The position numbers and the translations under genes are program-made. A stretch of 64,000 nucleotides of DNA from Vulcanimicrobiota bacterium (GTDB lineage: Bacteria > Vulcanimicrobiota > Vulcanimicrobiia > Vulcanimicrobiales > Vulcanimicrobiaceae). The notes under the pieces were generated by a model. That model was not told where the DNA came from and searched no databases. It worked only from the letters and a program-made list of their open reading frames with translations. This document shows, one piece after another, positions 1 to 8,873 of this stretch (position 1 is the first letter of the stretch; each line of letters opens with the position of its first letter). Location of the stretch: NCBI GenBank assembly GCA_963812155.1, contig CAWETW010000003.1, forward strand, positions 800,001 to 864,000. Reading direction: 5' to 3'.

Positions 1-540
1 TCCGCAGTCGTCGACGCTCGTCGTGAAGACCTCGCCGCGCTCGTCGACCACTTCGAGGCCGAGAACGTGATTCACCGTCGTGCCGTACGAAAGGCAGTGC
101 GGTCCACCGGCGTTGGTTGCGACGTTGCCGCCGATCGTCGAGATCTTTTGCGATGACGGATCGGGCGCGAAAAAGAGTCCCCCGCTCTGGGCGGCTCGCG
201 ACACGTCGAGATTGATGACGCCGGGCTGGACGCGCGCGCGGCGATTGCGCAGATCGAGTTCGAGAATCCGGTTCATGCGCGCGAACGAGATGACGAGGCC
301 GCCGTCGACCGGCACCGCGCCTCCGCACAGTCCCGTGCCCGCGCCGCGCGGGACGATCGGAATGCCGCAATCCCTCGCGATCTTCACGGCCGCGCTGACC
401 TCGCGTACGTTCGACGGAAGCACCACCGCAGACGGAAGCGCGCCGTCGCTGTATGCGTCGAATGCGTACACGGTCAAGTCTTCGGGCTCGGTCTTCACCG
501 CGTCGCGACCGAGCGCATCGATCAACCGCTCTTGCAGCAC
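1..540 (-). CDS. FAD-linked oxidase, GlcD/D-lactate dehydrogenase family (partial, runs off left edge)
   Basis: Manual translation from GTG 540: VLQERLIDALG...IPIVPRGAGTGLCGGA...APDPSSQKISTIGGNVATNAGGPHCLSYG, the FAD_binding_4 motifs of GlcD-like proteins. Not in the ORF track because the stop lies outside the window. Confidence 0.85.
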   Translation of the reverse strand, partial: MLQERLIDALGRDAVKTEPEDLTVYAFDAYSDGALPSAVVLPSNVREVSAAVKIARDCGIPIVPRGAGTGLCGGAVPVDGGLVISFARMNRILELDLRNRRARVQPGVINLDVSRAAQSGGLFFAPDPSSQKISTIGGNVATNAGGPHCLSYGTTVNHVLGLEVVDERGEVFTTSVDDCG

Positions 541-609
541 CTTCCATGGCTTCGCCGCGCCGCATGCCGCCTTCCCGCGAATGCAACTGCGACGGGCGTT
601 CGAGACGCG

Positions 610-1890
610 CTAGCGATAGAGCAGATACTTCGCGCGAAGGTTGCGGAAATCGGCAACCGCCTTGCTCCAGCCCGAGACGATCGCGCCGGCGGAGGAGCCG
701 TCGAGCAATCCGCGGCGCAGCGAGTCCGTGCCCCAGTCGCGATCGAGCGCTGCGGCTTTGACGTCGATTCGGCGCGGATCCAGCGTGCGGACCGCGACGA
801 GGATTTCGACGGCGGTGCGGACTGGTGCAAAATGCCGCGGTTCGACGTCGAGACGAACGCCGGAGAGTTGCCGGCCTTTCCAAAATCCCGCGCTCGGAAC
901 CCACGTCGCCGGAACGAATTGTACGCCCGGCAATCGTCGCGCGTTCAGCGACGCGGCCAGGCTCTGTCCGTCGATGCCGTAGCCGCCGGCGTAGAAGAAG
1001 GGCGAAGGCGTACCGACGCCGTTGTTGATGCCGGCATTGTCGATCAGCCCCGTGCACAGCAACACGAACGTCGTTTGCCACGTCGGCACGTTCGGAGACG
1101 TGCGGACCCACGTCAAGCCGGTGTCGGGCCAGATCGTCGACCGGCGCCAGCCGTTCATCGGAATCACGCGCAAGTCGGCGCCGATGCCGAAGCGATCGTT
1201 GAAGAGGCGCGCGAGTTCGCCGACCGTCATTCCGTGCCGCATCGCGATCGGATAGAGACCGATGAACGATTCGTAGGCAGGCTCGAGCACCGGTCCCTCG
1301 ACGGCGTCGCCGCCGACGGGATTGGGCCGGTCGAGCACCCAGAATTGCTTGCCGTACGCTTTTGCCGTTTGCATCGCGTACGCCATGGTCGAAATATACG
1401 TGTACGCGCGCGAGCCGACGTCTTGGATATCGAAGAGCAGCACGTCGATGCCGTGCAGCATTGCAGCCGACGGATGGCGCGTCGCGCCGTAGAGACTGTA
1501 AACCGGCAGCCCTGTAGGCGCGTCCACGTACGACGCGACCGAGGCTCCGGCGGGACGGTCTCCGCGCAAGCCGTGCTCGGGCGCGAACAGCGCGCGGACG
1601 CGCACGGTGTCCAGACGGCTCAGCGCATCGGCAAACGGTTCTCCGCTCGACGTCACGCCGCTTTGATTCGTGATCAGGCCGACGCCGCGCGTGCCGAGTT
1701 CGCGCCACGTTTCACGCAAAAACACGTCGTCGCCGAGTTCGAGGCCTCCTTCGCCCTTCGACTCCGCGCCTTGCGACTCGTTACGCTCGTGCTGGGCGCT
1801 GCGCTCAGGGTGACACAGTTGCGGGACTCCGCTTATGATGACACCGGCCGTGGCAGCGCCAGACCTAACGAAAAAGCCGGCGCGGTTCAT
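610..1890 (-). CDS. namZ: DUF1343 exo-beta-N-acetylmuramidase (NamZ family), secreted
   Basis: Motifs GLITNQSG, LFAPEHGLRG, FDIQDVGSRAYTY, LDRPNP, RHGMTVGELA, SPNVP; N-terminal signal-like segment. Confidence 0.85.
   Translation of the reverse strand: MNRAGFFVRSGAATAGVIISGVPQLCHPERSAQHERNESQGAESKGEGGLELGDDVFLRETWRELGTRGVGLITNQSGVTSSGEPFADALSRLDTVRVRALFAPEHGLRGDRPAGASVASYVDAPTGLPVYSLYGATRHPSAAMLHGIDVLLFDIQDVGSRAYTYISTMAYAMQTAKAYGKQFWVLDRPNPVGGDAVEGPVLEPAYESFIGLYPIAMRHGMTVGELARLFNDRFGIGADLRVIPMNGWRRSTIWPDTGLTWVRTSPNVPTWQTTFVLLCTGLIDNAGINNGVGTPSPFFYAGGYGIDGQSLAASLNARRLPGVQFVPATWVPSAGFWKGRQLSGVRLDVEPRHFAPVRTAVEILVAVRTLDPRRIDVKAAALDRDWGTDSLRRGLLDGSSAGAIVSGWSKAVADFRNLRAKYLLYR
1748..1815. repeat. 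Palindromic (REP-like) element copy, in frame inside namZ
   Basis: ccttcgcccttcgactccgcgcc...gcgctcagggtgaca shares both ends with the intergenic copy at 4280-4330. Confidence 0.7.
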
Positions 1891-2723
1891 ACGAAGTGCG
1901 GTTCGATCGCGCGGCCGATGATGCCGGCGTCGCGAGCGCGCACGAAGAGCGCGTGCACGGCGGCGATTCCGGCGTCGCCCACGTCTTCGGTGAACTCGTT
2001 GACGTAGAGCGCGATGTGCCGCCGCATCACCTCGTCGCTCATTTCGAATGCGTGCTCGCGCACGTACGGCATCACCGCGGACTCGTTAGCGCGCGCGAAC
2101 GCAAGGCTTCGGCGAATCGCCTCGTCAACCGTGCGAGCGACGTCGTCCGCGACGTCGTTGCGCACCAGAATCGCGCCCAGCGGAATCGGCAGCTTCGTCA
2201 TATTTTCCCACCATTCGCCTAAATCGGCGATCGAAATGAGCCCCGCTTCGCGGTAGGTGAAGCGCGACTCGTGGATGATGAGGCCGCCGTCGGCGCGTCC
2301 GGCGCACACCGCGGAAACGATTTCGTCGAAACGCACGACCTGCGTTCGCGGACGGCGGCCGAGCGCCAGTTGGAGCAGGAGAAATGCCGTCGTGCGCTCA
2401 CCCGGAATCGCGATCGAGCGCCGTGCGAAATCGGCAAAAAGCGGCGGGGCCGCCTCGGGCCGCGCGACGAGCAGCGGGCCGCACCCGCGTCCGATCGCGC
2501 CGCCCGCGCGCAGGATGCGATAGCGGTCCGCGAGATAGGGAATCGCCCCGTACGACACCTTGATCAGTTCGAAACGGCCGTGCGCGGCGGCTTCGTTGAG
2601 TTCGTCGATGTCGGCAAGGTGTACGTCTACCGGCGGCGCGCCGTCGAGCAGGTTGTTGGTCAGCGCGGCGAAGACGTAGGTGTCGTTCGGACACGGCGAG
2701 TAGGCGAGGGTGAGTGCGCTCAC
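1887..2723 (-). CDS. mqnD: 1,4-dihydroxy-6-naphthoate synthase (futalosine menaquinone pathway)
   Basis: True start is GTG 2723. Motifs LAYSPCPNDTY, GRGCGPLLV, IPGERTTA, GLIIHESRFTY, PIPLG, HIALYVNEF. Confidence 0.92.
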   Translation of the reverse strand: MSALTLAYSPCPNDTYVFAALTNNLLDGAPPVDVHLADIDELNEAAAHGRFELIKVSYGAIPYLADRYRILRAGGAIGRGCGPLLVARPEAAPPLFADFARRSIAIPGERTTAFLLLQLALGRRPRTQVVRFDEIVSAVCAGRADGGLIIHESRFTYREAGLISIADLGEWWENMTKLPIPLGAILVRNDVADDVARTVDEAIRRSLAFARANESAVMPYVREHAFEMSDEVMRRHIALYVNEFTEDVGDAGIAAVHALFVRARDAGIIGRAIEPHFV

Positions 2724-3337
2724 GCGGGTGCCCCGGTCGATGTGTCGACGACGGCGAAGAGCGCCTCGACGACGCGCGTCAATCCTGCGACACCGCTTGC
2801 GAAATCCCAGCCGGAACGTTCTCGCGCGCCGACGCGATTGGAGATGCCGCGCAGTTCGACGGCGGGAACTCCGGCTCGCCGGCAAGCGCGGAGCACCGCG
2901 AATCCTTCCATCGATTCGATCTGCGCGCCACGGGCTGCCAGTCGCCGCGCGGTGTCTTCGCTCGACGTGACGCGTGCGACCGTAATTCCGCGCAGGGCTG
3001 CAAACCCGCGCGCGCTCAGGCCACGGACGATTTCGGGATCGGAGGCGGCGGTGGCGACGACCCGTTCGCCGTCGGGAAGTGCGATGGGCCGTCCGTCTTC
3101 CAGACCCAGCTCGAAATCGTCGTCGGCGACCACGACGCCGTCGCCGATGCGCGCCGCGCCGTCGAAGGCGCCGGCAAGGCCTGCGTTGACGACCAGTGCG
3201 TAGCGCCGGCGCGCGAGCGCGCCCGAGACCGCGGCCGCCGCTTCGACGGGGCCGACGCCCATCACGAGTGTCTCGACGTCCGCGCGCTGCGCCCACGAGC
3301 CGAGTTCGCGCGCGACGGCGCAGGCGAATAGAATCAC
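2720..3337 (-). CDS. mqnB: Futalosine hydrolase (PNP/UDP phosphorylase fold)
   Basis: Motifs GVGPVEAA, VNAGLAG, ESMEGFAV, ELRGISNRVG.R..WD; adjacent to mqnD. Confidence 0.88.
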   Translation of the reverse strand: MILFACAVARELGSWAQRADVETLVMGVGPVEAAAAVSGALARRRYALVVNAGLAGAFDGAARIGDGVVVADDDFELGLEDGRPIALPDGERVVATAASDPEIVRGLSARGFAALRGITVARVTSSEDTARRLAARGAQIESMEGFAVLRACRRAGVPAVELRGISNRVGARERSGWDFASGVAGLTRVVEALFAVVDTSTGAPA

Positions 3338-3909
3338 GGTGCGCCGATGAATTTGTGCGTCTGCAGCGAGAGGCGAAACCGGTGCGGGTGCGCTTTCACG
3401 TAATCGAGCGCCACCTCGACGTTGCGCGGGCGGTTGCCTTCGGGCTGCAGCAGAATCATCGGCTTATCAGCAAACTGCGGCAAGTGTTCTTCGGGAACGC
3501 GGCGGTCGACGATGAGCTTGGCTTCGTCGGCGCGGGCGGCCATGCGCGAATCGACGCGCTCCTTGGGCGAGACGCAGAGCCAGACGTCGTCGGGAAGCGG
3601 CGCGTAAATCGTACCGTTCGACTCGATATGCACGCGGCGCCCGTCGCGGCGCAACGCTTCGATGAGGTCGAGCGCATCGCTCTGCGCGAGCGGTTCGCCG
3701 CCGGTGAGGACGACCGCCGGACAATCGCCGCCTGCGGTGCGTACCATGTGCACGACCTCACCGACCGTCGCGTATGCCTTGGCCGAATAGTCCGTATCGC
3801 AGAAATCGCAGGCGAGATTGCATCCGGCCAGCCGCACGAAGACGGCGGGTATCCCCGTCCACGTTCCCTCGCCTTGAATGCTGTAAAAGACTTCAGCCAG
3901 CGCCAGCAC
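3334..3909 (-). CDS. queE: 7-carboxy-7-deazaguanine synthase (radical SAM)
   Basis: Motifs FYSIQGEG, RLAGCNLACDFCDT, TGGEP, ESNGT, SPK, LSLQTHK. Confidence 0.93.
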   Translation of the reverse strand: MLALAEVFYSIQGEGTWTGIPAVFVRLAGCNLACDFCDTDYSAKAYATVGEVVHMVRTAGGDCPAVVLTGGEPLAQSDALDLIEALRRDGRRVHIESNGTIYAPLPDDVWLCVSPKERVDSRMAARADEAKLIVDRRVPEEHLPQFADKPMILLQPEGNRPRNVEVALDYVKAHPHRFRLSLQTHKFIGAP

Positions 3910-4273
3910 CGTGAAAGTCCGAGGCGCGTAAGAGCGCGCACGACGTCGAGGTTTCCCACAGCACCAGTTCGTCGAGTCCCTCGACGACCGGCGCGAGGCG
4001 CTCCCACAGCCAGATGAGGATGCGTTCGGCCGTGGGATTTTCGATGTAGTCGTTGAGACTGCAATGGTCGAGAAAGTCGATCGCGACGGCGCGCACCGTG
4101 CGCTCGATTTCGTCGAAGTCCACGATCATGCCGCGTGCGGGGCCGTCGGCCTGAAGCGGCCCGCGGACCGCCACTTCCAGCCGGTACGAGTGACCGTGCG
4201 GGCGCGCGCACTTTCCGGAGTGAAACGGCAGCGCGTGCGCCGATTCAAACGTAAAGTGTTTTCGTATTTGCAA
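3893..4273 (-). CDS. queD: 6-carboxy-5,6,7,8-tetrahydropterin synthase
   Basis: Motifs FESAHAL, CARPHGHSY, DF, LDH, NPTAE, WET; TTG start. Confidence 0.93.
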   Translation of the reverse strand: MQIRKHFTFESAHALPFHSGKCARPHGHSYRLEVAVRGPLQADGPARGMIVDFDEIERTVRAVAIDFLDHCSLNDYIENPTAERILIWLWERLAPVVEGLDELVLWETSTSCALLRASDFHGAGAG

Positions 4274-4279
4274 TATGGT

Positions 4280-4330
4280 CCTTCGTCCTTCGACTGCGCA
4301 TCGCTTCGCGATGCTCCGCTCAGGATGACA
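4280..4330. repeat. Palindromic (REP-like) element, intergenic
   Basis: ccttcgtccttcgactgc-gcatcgc-ttc-gcgatgc-tccgctcaggatgaca contains a perfect 7-bp internal stem; same family as 1748-1815 and 19502-19518. Confidence 0.75.
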
Positions 4331-4364
4331 CGCAGAGGATGCTCCGCTATGACACCAAGGAGCC

Positions 4365-5666
4365 TTATATAGAGCCTTCGGGGCCCATAGCTTCGAGGCG
4401 GCGTTTGAGATCGGCCAGGAAGCCGCTGGCGACGTAGCCGTCGACGACGCGGTGATCGAGCGAGAGACAGCAATTCATGATGGAACGGATCGCGATTGCA
4501 TCGTCGTCCCGCACGACCGGCTGCCTGACGACCGCCTCCATCGTAACGATGCCGGCTTGACCGGCATTGATGATCGGAGCCGAAGCCCAGGAACCGTTGG
4601 CCCCGTTGTTGTTCACGGTGAACGTGCCGCCGGCGAGATCGTCGACGCCGAGTTTGTTCCGGCGAGCGCGGTCGATCAGTTCCCCGGCAGCGACCGCCAA
4701 GCCGCGAATCGAAAGCTGATCGGCGTTCTTGATGACGGGAACGACCAGATTTGCCGGCAAGCCGATGGCGACGCCGATGTTGACGTCCTTGTTCACGTGG
4801 ATGCCTTCGGCCGTGAACTTTCCGTTCATTAGCGGGAATGCGCCCAGCGCTTCAACGACCGCGCGAATGAAGAATGGCAGCAGCGTGAGTTTGTAACCGC
4901 TATCGCGTTCGAACCGGTCTTTCTCGCGCGTGCGCCATTTCCACACGTTGGTGACGTCGATCTGCACCATCGACCACGCGTGCGGCGCCGCGTGCTTGCT
5001 TTCAACCATCCGTTCGGCGATGATCCGGCGCGCTTGCGTGAGCGGAATCGTCATCCCGGGGACCGGTTGACCGTAGCTGGGCGCGCGCGTGGCGGTGGGT
5101 GCTGCCGGCGCTGCTGCAGGAGCGGCCGCGGTCGCGGCGGCGGCCGCAGGCACCGATGCGCGGCCGCGTGCGGCAAGCACGTCCTGCGCGGTGACGCGCC
5201 CGTTCGCGCCGGTGCCTTTGAGTGAACCAATGTCGACGGCGTGTTCGCGCGCGAGACGCCGCACCGCGGGGGATGCGCCGCGCAATGCCGCCTCGGCGTC
5301 GGCTGAAGGCGCACCGGCGCTGCTGCCGTTGCTCGAGGCAGACTGCGACGGCGGGGCCGGCGCCGCGACGAGTGGTGCGGCATGCGCCGGTTGCGCCGGC
5401 GGTGAGGGCGATTGGGCGGGTGCGGCGCCGACCTCGTCGATGACGGCAATCGGCGTTCCAGTCGCAACCGTTTCACCTTCCTTGACCAGGACTTCGCGAA
5501 TCGTACCGCTGACGGGCGAGGGCACTTCTGCGTTGACTTTATCGGTCGACACCTCGACGAACGCCTCGTACTTTTCGACGGTGTCCCCAATGTTCTTGAG
5601 CCACGCAGCGACCGTCCCTTCGGTGACGGTTTCGCCCAGCTGCGGCATCGTTATCGTTGTTGCCAT
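4365..5666 (-). CDS. Dihydrolipoamide acyltransferase (E2) of a 2-oxoacid, probably branched-chain, dehydrogenase complex
   Basis: Lipoyl domain (STDKVNAEVPSP), E3-binding domain (ASPAVRRLAREH..GTG.NGRVT..D), catalytic DHRVVDG. Confidence 0.93.
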   Translation of the reverse strand: MATTITMPQLGETVTEGTVAAWLKNIGDTVEKYEAFVEVSTDKVNAEVPSPVSGTIREVLVKEGETVATGTPIAVIDEVGAAPAQSPSPPAQPAHAAPLVAAPAPPSQSASSNGSSAGAPSADAEAALRGASPAVRRLAREHAVDIGSLKGTGANGRVTAQDVLAARGRASVPAAAAATAAAPAAAPAAPTATRAPSYGQPVPGMTIPLTQARRIIAERMVESKHAAPHAWSMVQIDVTNVWKWRTREKDRFERDSGYKLTLLPFFIRAVVEALGAFPLMNGKFTAEGIHVNKDVNIGVAIGLPANLVVPVIKNADQLSIRGLAVAAGELIDRARRNKLGVDDLAGGTFTVNNNGANGSWASAPIINAGQAGIVTMEAVVRQPVVRDDDAIAIRSIMNCCLSLDHRVVDGYVASGFLADLKRRLEAMGPEGSI

Positions 5667-5669
5667 TAC

Positions 5670-6677
5670 TTAAAATCTCACCATTTCGCGCATCGCTTCG
5701 GCCATCTCGGCCGGCGACGACATGTATGCTTCCTCGAGCGGCAGCGCGTAGCCCATCGCGGGAACGTCGGGCGCGCAGTGGCGGCGAATCGGCGCGTCGA
5801 GATGGAAGAGCGCCTCCTCGGCGACCATCGCACTGATTTCCGCGCCGATACCGCCGAACTTATTGTCCTCGTGGATGACGAGCAGTTTGCGCGTTTTTTC
5901 GACGCTGTCGAGAATCGCCGTCTTGTCCATCGGACGAATCGAACGGAGATCGATGACTTCCACCGATAGACCTTCGGATTCGAGCTGACGCGCCGCGTCG
6001 AGAGCCCAATGCACGTACAGGCCGTACGAAACGACCGTCAGCTGCGTGCCCTCTTTGAGCACGTTCGCCTTACCGATCGGAATGACGTAGTGACCGTCGG
6101 GCACTTCGCCTTTGATCAGGCGATAGGTCTTCTTGTGCTCGAGAAAGAGCACCGGATCCGGATCGTCGATCGCGGCGTTGAGCAAGCCCTTTACGTCGGC
6201 CGGAAACGAAGGCGCGACGATCTTCAGCCCCGGCACGTGATAGAAGAGCGCTTCGATGGAAACCGAGTGCGAGAGCGCGCCGCGCACGCCGCCGCCGTAG
6301 GGCGTGCGGATGACGAGCGGACACGTGTACTCGCCGTTGGAGCGGTAGCGCGTCTTGGCGGCCTCGCCGACGATCTGATTGAACGCCGGGTAGATGAAGT
6401 CGGCGAACTGAATCTCCGCGATCGGCCGCAGCCCTTCCATGGCCATGCCGACGGCGATGCCGACGATCGACGCCTCCGCAATCGGCGTATCGATCACGCG
6501 CTCCGGTCCGAACTCGTCGATGAAATCCTTCGTGATGAGGAACACGTTACCGCGCGGTCCGACGTCCTCACCGATGATGACGGTGCGGTCGTCGCTCTTC
6601 ATCGCCTCGTAGAGGGTCGCGCGAACGGCCTCGACGTTGTTCATGACGGTCGAGGTCGCGGTGCCGGTCACTGCCAC
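5670..6677 (-). CDS. 2-oxoacid dehydrogenase E1 beta subunit
   Basis: Motifs GEDVG, DTPIAEASIVG, EIQFADF, PYGGG..G.LSHS, FLEHK. Start is GTG 6677 or ATG 6644. Confidence 0.93.
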   Translation of the reverse strand: MAVTGTATSTVMNNVEAVRATLYEAMKSDDRTVIIGEDVGPRGNVFLITKDFIDEFGPERVIDTPIAEASIVGIAVGMAMEGLRPIAEIQFADFIYPAFNQIVGEAAKTRYRSNGEYTCPLVIRTPYGGGVRGALSHSVSIEALFYHVPGLKIVAPSFPADVKGLLNAAIDDPDPVLFLEHKKTYRLIKGEVPDGHYVIPIGKANVLKEGTQLTVVSYGLYVHWALDAARQLESEGLSVEVIDLRSIRPMDKTAILDSVEKTRKLLVIHEDNKFGGIGAEISAMVAEEALFHLDAPIRRHCAPDVPAMGYALPLEEAYMSSPAEMAEAMREMVRF

Positions 6678-7693
6678 GGTTGCCACGCTCCTTCGTAGAC
6701 GTGCGTGTAAAGTTCGCCTGGTTCCGGATACGGCATGGCCTCGGCCGCGTCGGTGGCTTCGTTCGTCTCGCGCAGCACGTCGGCGCGCAGCGCCGCGACT
6801 TCCGCTTCGGTCATGACGCCGTTTTCGAGCAGCACGCTCTCGAAGCGCGGCACGGGATCGAGCTTGCGGTGCTCGAGCACTTCCTCGCGACTGCGATACG
6901 TCATGTCGTTGTCGTCGGTCGAGTGCGCCAAGTAGCGATAGCAGGTGCCTTCGACGATCGACGGGCCGCCGCCGGAACGCGCGCGATCGAGCGCTTCTTT
7001 CACCGCTGCGTACGTGTCGATCGGATCGAAGCCGTTGAAGCGACGGCCGGGCATGCCGTAACCCTCGGCGCGCTTCCAGATCTCGGGCTGCGCCATCTGC
7101 TTGGAAAGCGGCGTCGAAATTGCCCATTCGTTGTTCTCGACGAGCATCACGAACGGCAGCTTGTGGATCGCGGCGAAGTTCATCGATTCGTGCCACTCGC
7201 CTTCGCTGGTCGTACCGTCGCCGCACGTGGCGAGCACGGCGCGGCCGGTCTCGCCGCGATACTTCAGCGCAAATGCGGCGCCGACCGCATGCGGCATGTG
7301 CGCGGCGAGAATCGATGAGAACGACATCAGGCCGGCGGCTTTGGAAGAATAGTGGTTGGGGAACTGGCGGCCGCCGTTGTGATCGGCCGCGCGCGCGAAA
7401 AGCGAGAGCAAGATTTCGTACGGCGTGAGCCCGATCCCCAAGGCGAGCCCGAGGTCGCGATAATACGGTGCGAGGATGTCGGTGCCGCGCTGGAACGCCA
7501 TCGCCGCGCCGGCCTGCAGCGCTTCGTGCCCCTCGCTCCCAAGCGCGAACGGAACCTTTCCTTGACGGTTGAGCTGGAAGCCGCGGTTGTCGAGCTGTCG
7601 CTGGAGCAACATGTTGCGAAAGATGCCCCGCAACTGTTCGTCGCTCAACCCGTGGCGCTCGAACGTGCTCGACTTCGTATCAGCCTTCGCCAT
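6668..7693 (-). CDS. 2-oxoacid dehydrogenase E1 alpha subunit (copy B)
   Basis: Motifs GHEA.Q, PYYRD, ThDP motif GDG..SEG...ENN, HSTDD. Confidence 0.93.
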   Translation of the reverse strand: MAKADTKSSTFERHGLSDEQLRGIFRNMLLQRQLDNRGFQLNRQGKVPFALGSEGHEALQAGAAMAFQRGTDILAPYYRDLGLALGIGLTPYEILLSLFARAADHNGGRQFPNHYSSKAAGLMSFSSILAAHMPHAVGAAFALKYRGETGRAVLATCGDGTTSEGEWHESMNFAAIHKLPFVMLVENNEWAISTPLSKQMAQPEIWKRAEGYGMPGRRFNGFDPIDTYAAVKEALDRARSGGGPSIVEGTCYRYLAHSTDDNDMTYRSREEVLEHRKLDPVPRFESVLLENGVMTEAEVAALRADVLRETNEATDAAEAMPYPEPGELYTHVYEGAWQPWQ

Positions 7694-7729
7694 TTCAACC
7701 TCTCGTCGTGGCGCTCGAAGTGCAAATCG

Positions 7730-8773
7730 TCATCGCCATGGCTGCCAGCCGTCGGCATAGACGTTTCCGTAGAGATCCTGCGGAGAGGGGTATGCCATCG
7801 CCTCCGCCCGGTCGGTGGCTTCGTTCGCCTCCTCGAGGACGGAACGCTTCAAGGCCTCCGCCGCTTCGCTCGAAAGGACGCCGGCCGCGATCAGCCGAGC
7901 CTCGAAGCACGGCACCGGGTCGTCGAGCCGTCGCCGTGCGACCTCCTCGCGCGAGCGGTAGGTGCGGTCGTCGTCGTCGGTGGTGTGCGAAAGAAAGCGG
8001 TAGCACTTGGCCTCGACGAGCGTTGGTCCGCCGTCCGTACGCGCACGCTCGAGCGCCTCCTTTACCGCGACGTAGCATGCGAGCGGATCCATCCCGTCGA
8101 CCACCACGCCGGGCATGCCGTAGCCGGCGGCGCGTTTGTGGAGATCCGGCTGCGCCGTCTGCTTGGAGAGCGGGGTCGAAATCGCCCACTCGTTGTTCTC
8201 GCAGAGAAAAACGATCGGTAACGCATGCACTGCCGCGAAGTTGAGCGACTCGTGCCACTCGCCCTCGCTGGTTGCACCGTCGCCGAACGTCACCAGCACC
8301 GCGCGCCCGGTTTCCTTGCGGTACTTGAGCGCGTACGCGGCTCCGACCGCGTGCGGCAACTGCGCGGCGATCACCGAACTGATCGTTTGCAGACCCAAGC
8401 GGCGGCTGGCGTAGTGATGCGGAAACTGCCGGCCGGACGAATGGTCGTCGTCGCGCGCAAAAAGCGAAAGCAGCACTTCGTACGGCGTCAGACCGATGCC
8501 GAGGTCGAGGCCGAGATCGCGATAGTACGGTACGAGGATGTCCTTACCGCGCTCGAAGGCCATCGCCGCGCCGGCCTGCACGGCTTCATGGCCTTCGCTT
8601 GCCGAAGCGAACGGAATTTTTCCCTGACGGTTGAGTTGGAAGCCGCGGTTTTCCAGCGTCCGCTGCACGACCATGGTCCGGAACATCGCGACGAGTTGTT
8701 CGCCGGTGAGGCCGTGCCGGTCGAAGGCCGGTGCGGTCCCGTCAGCGGACGGCGCGTCGTTTTGCGTGCTCAC
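7730..8773 (-). CDS. 2-oxoacid dehydrogenase E1 alpha subunit (copy A)
   Basis: Same motifs as copy B (GDGATSEG...ENN, HTTDD); likely start GTG 8773. Confidence 0.92.
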   Translation of the reverse strand: MSTQNDAPSADGTAPAFDRHGLTGEQLVAMFRTMVVQRTLENRGFQLNRQGKIPFASASEGHEAVQAGAAMAFERGKDILVPYYRDLGLDLGIGLTPYEVLLSLFARDDDHSSGRQFPHHYASRRLGLQTISSVIAAQLPHAVGAAYALKYRKETGRAVLVTFGDGATSEGEWHESLNFAAVHALPIVFLCENNEWAISTPLSKQTAQPDLHKRAAGYGMPGVVVDGMDPLACYVAVKEALERARTDGGPTLVEAKCYRFLSHTTDDDDRTYRSREEVARRRLDDPVPCFEARLIAAGVLSSEAAEALKRSVLEEANEATDRAEAMAYPSPQDLYGNVYADGWQPWR

Positions 8774-8873
8774 AGGACTTGCGTACTCGCACCCCCCGAG
8801 GGGCAAATCCTGCGGCACGGCACTCACCCCAAGCGCGGGAACCGCTTGGCGCCGGGTTGTATGAGCCGGACTC

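Noticed and set aside
3334..4273. queD/queE as part of a 7-deazaguanine DNA-modification (dpd) defence island
   Set aside because: No dpdA/tgt-like, helicase or nuclease genes are nearby; the context is housekeeping.
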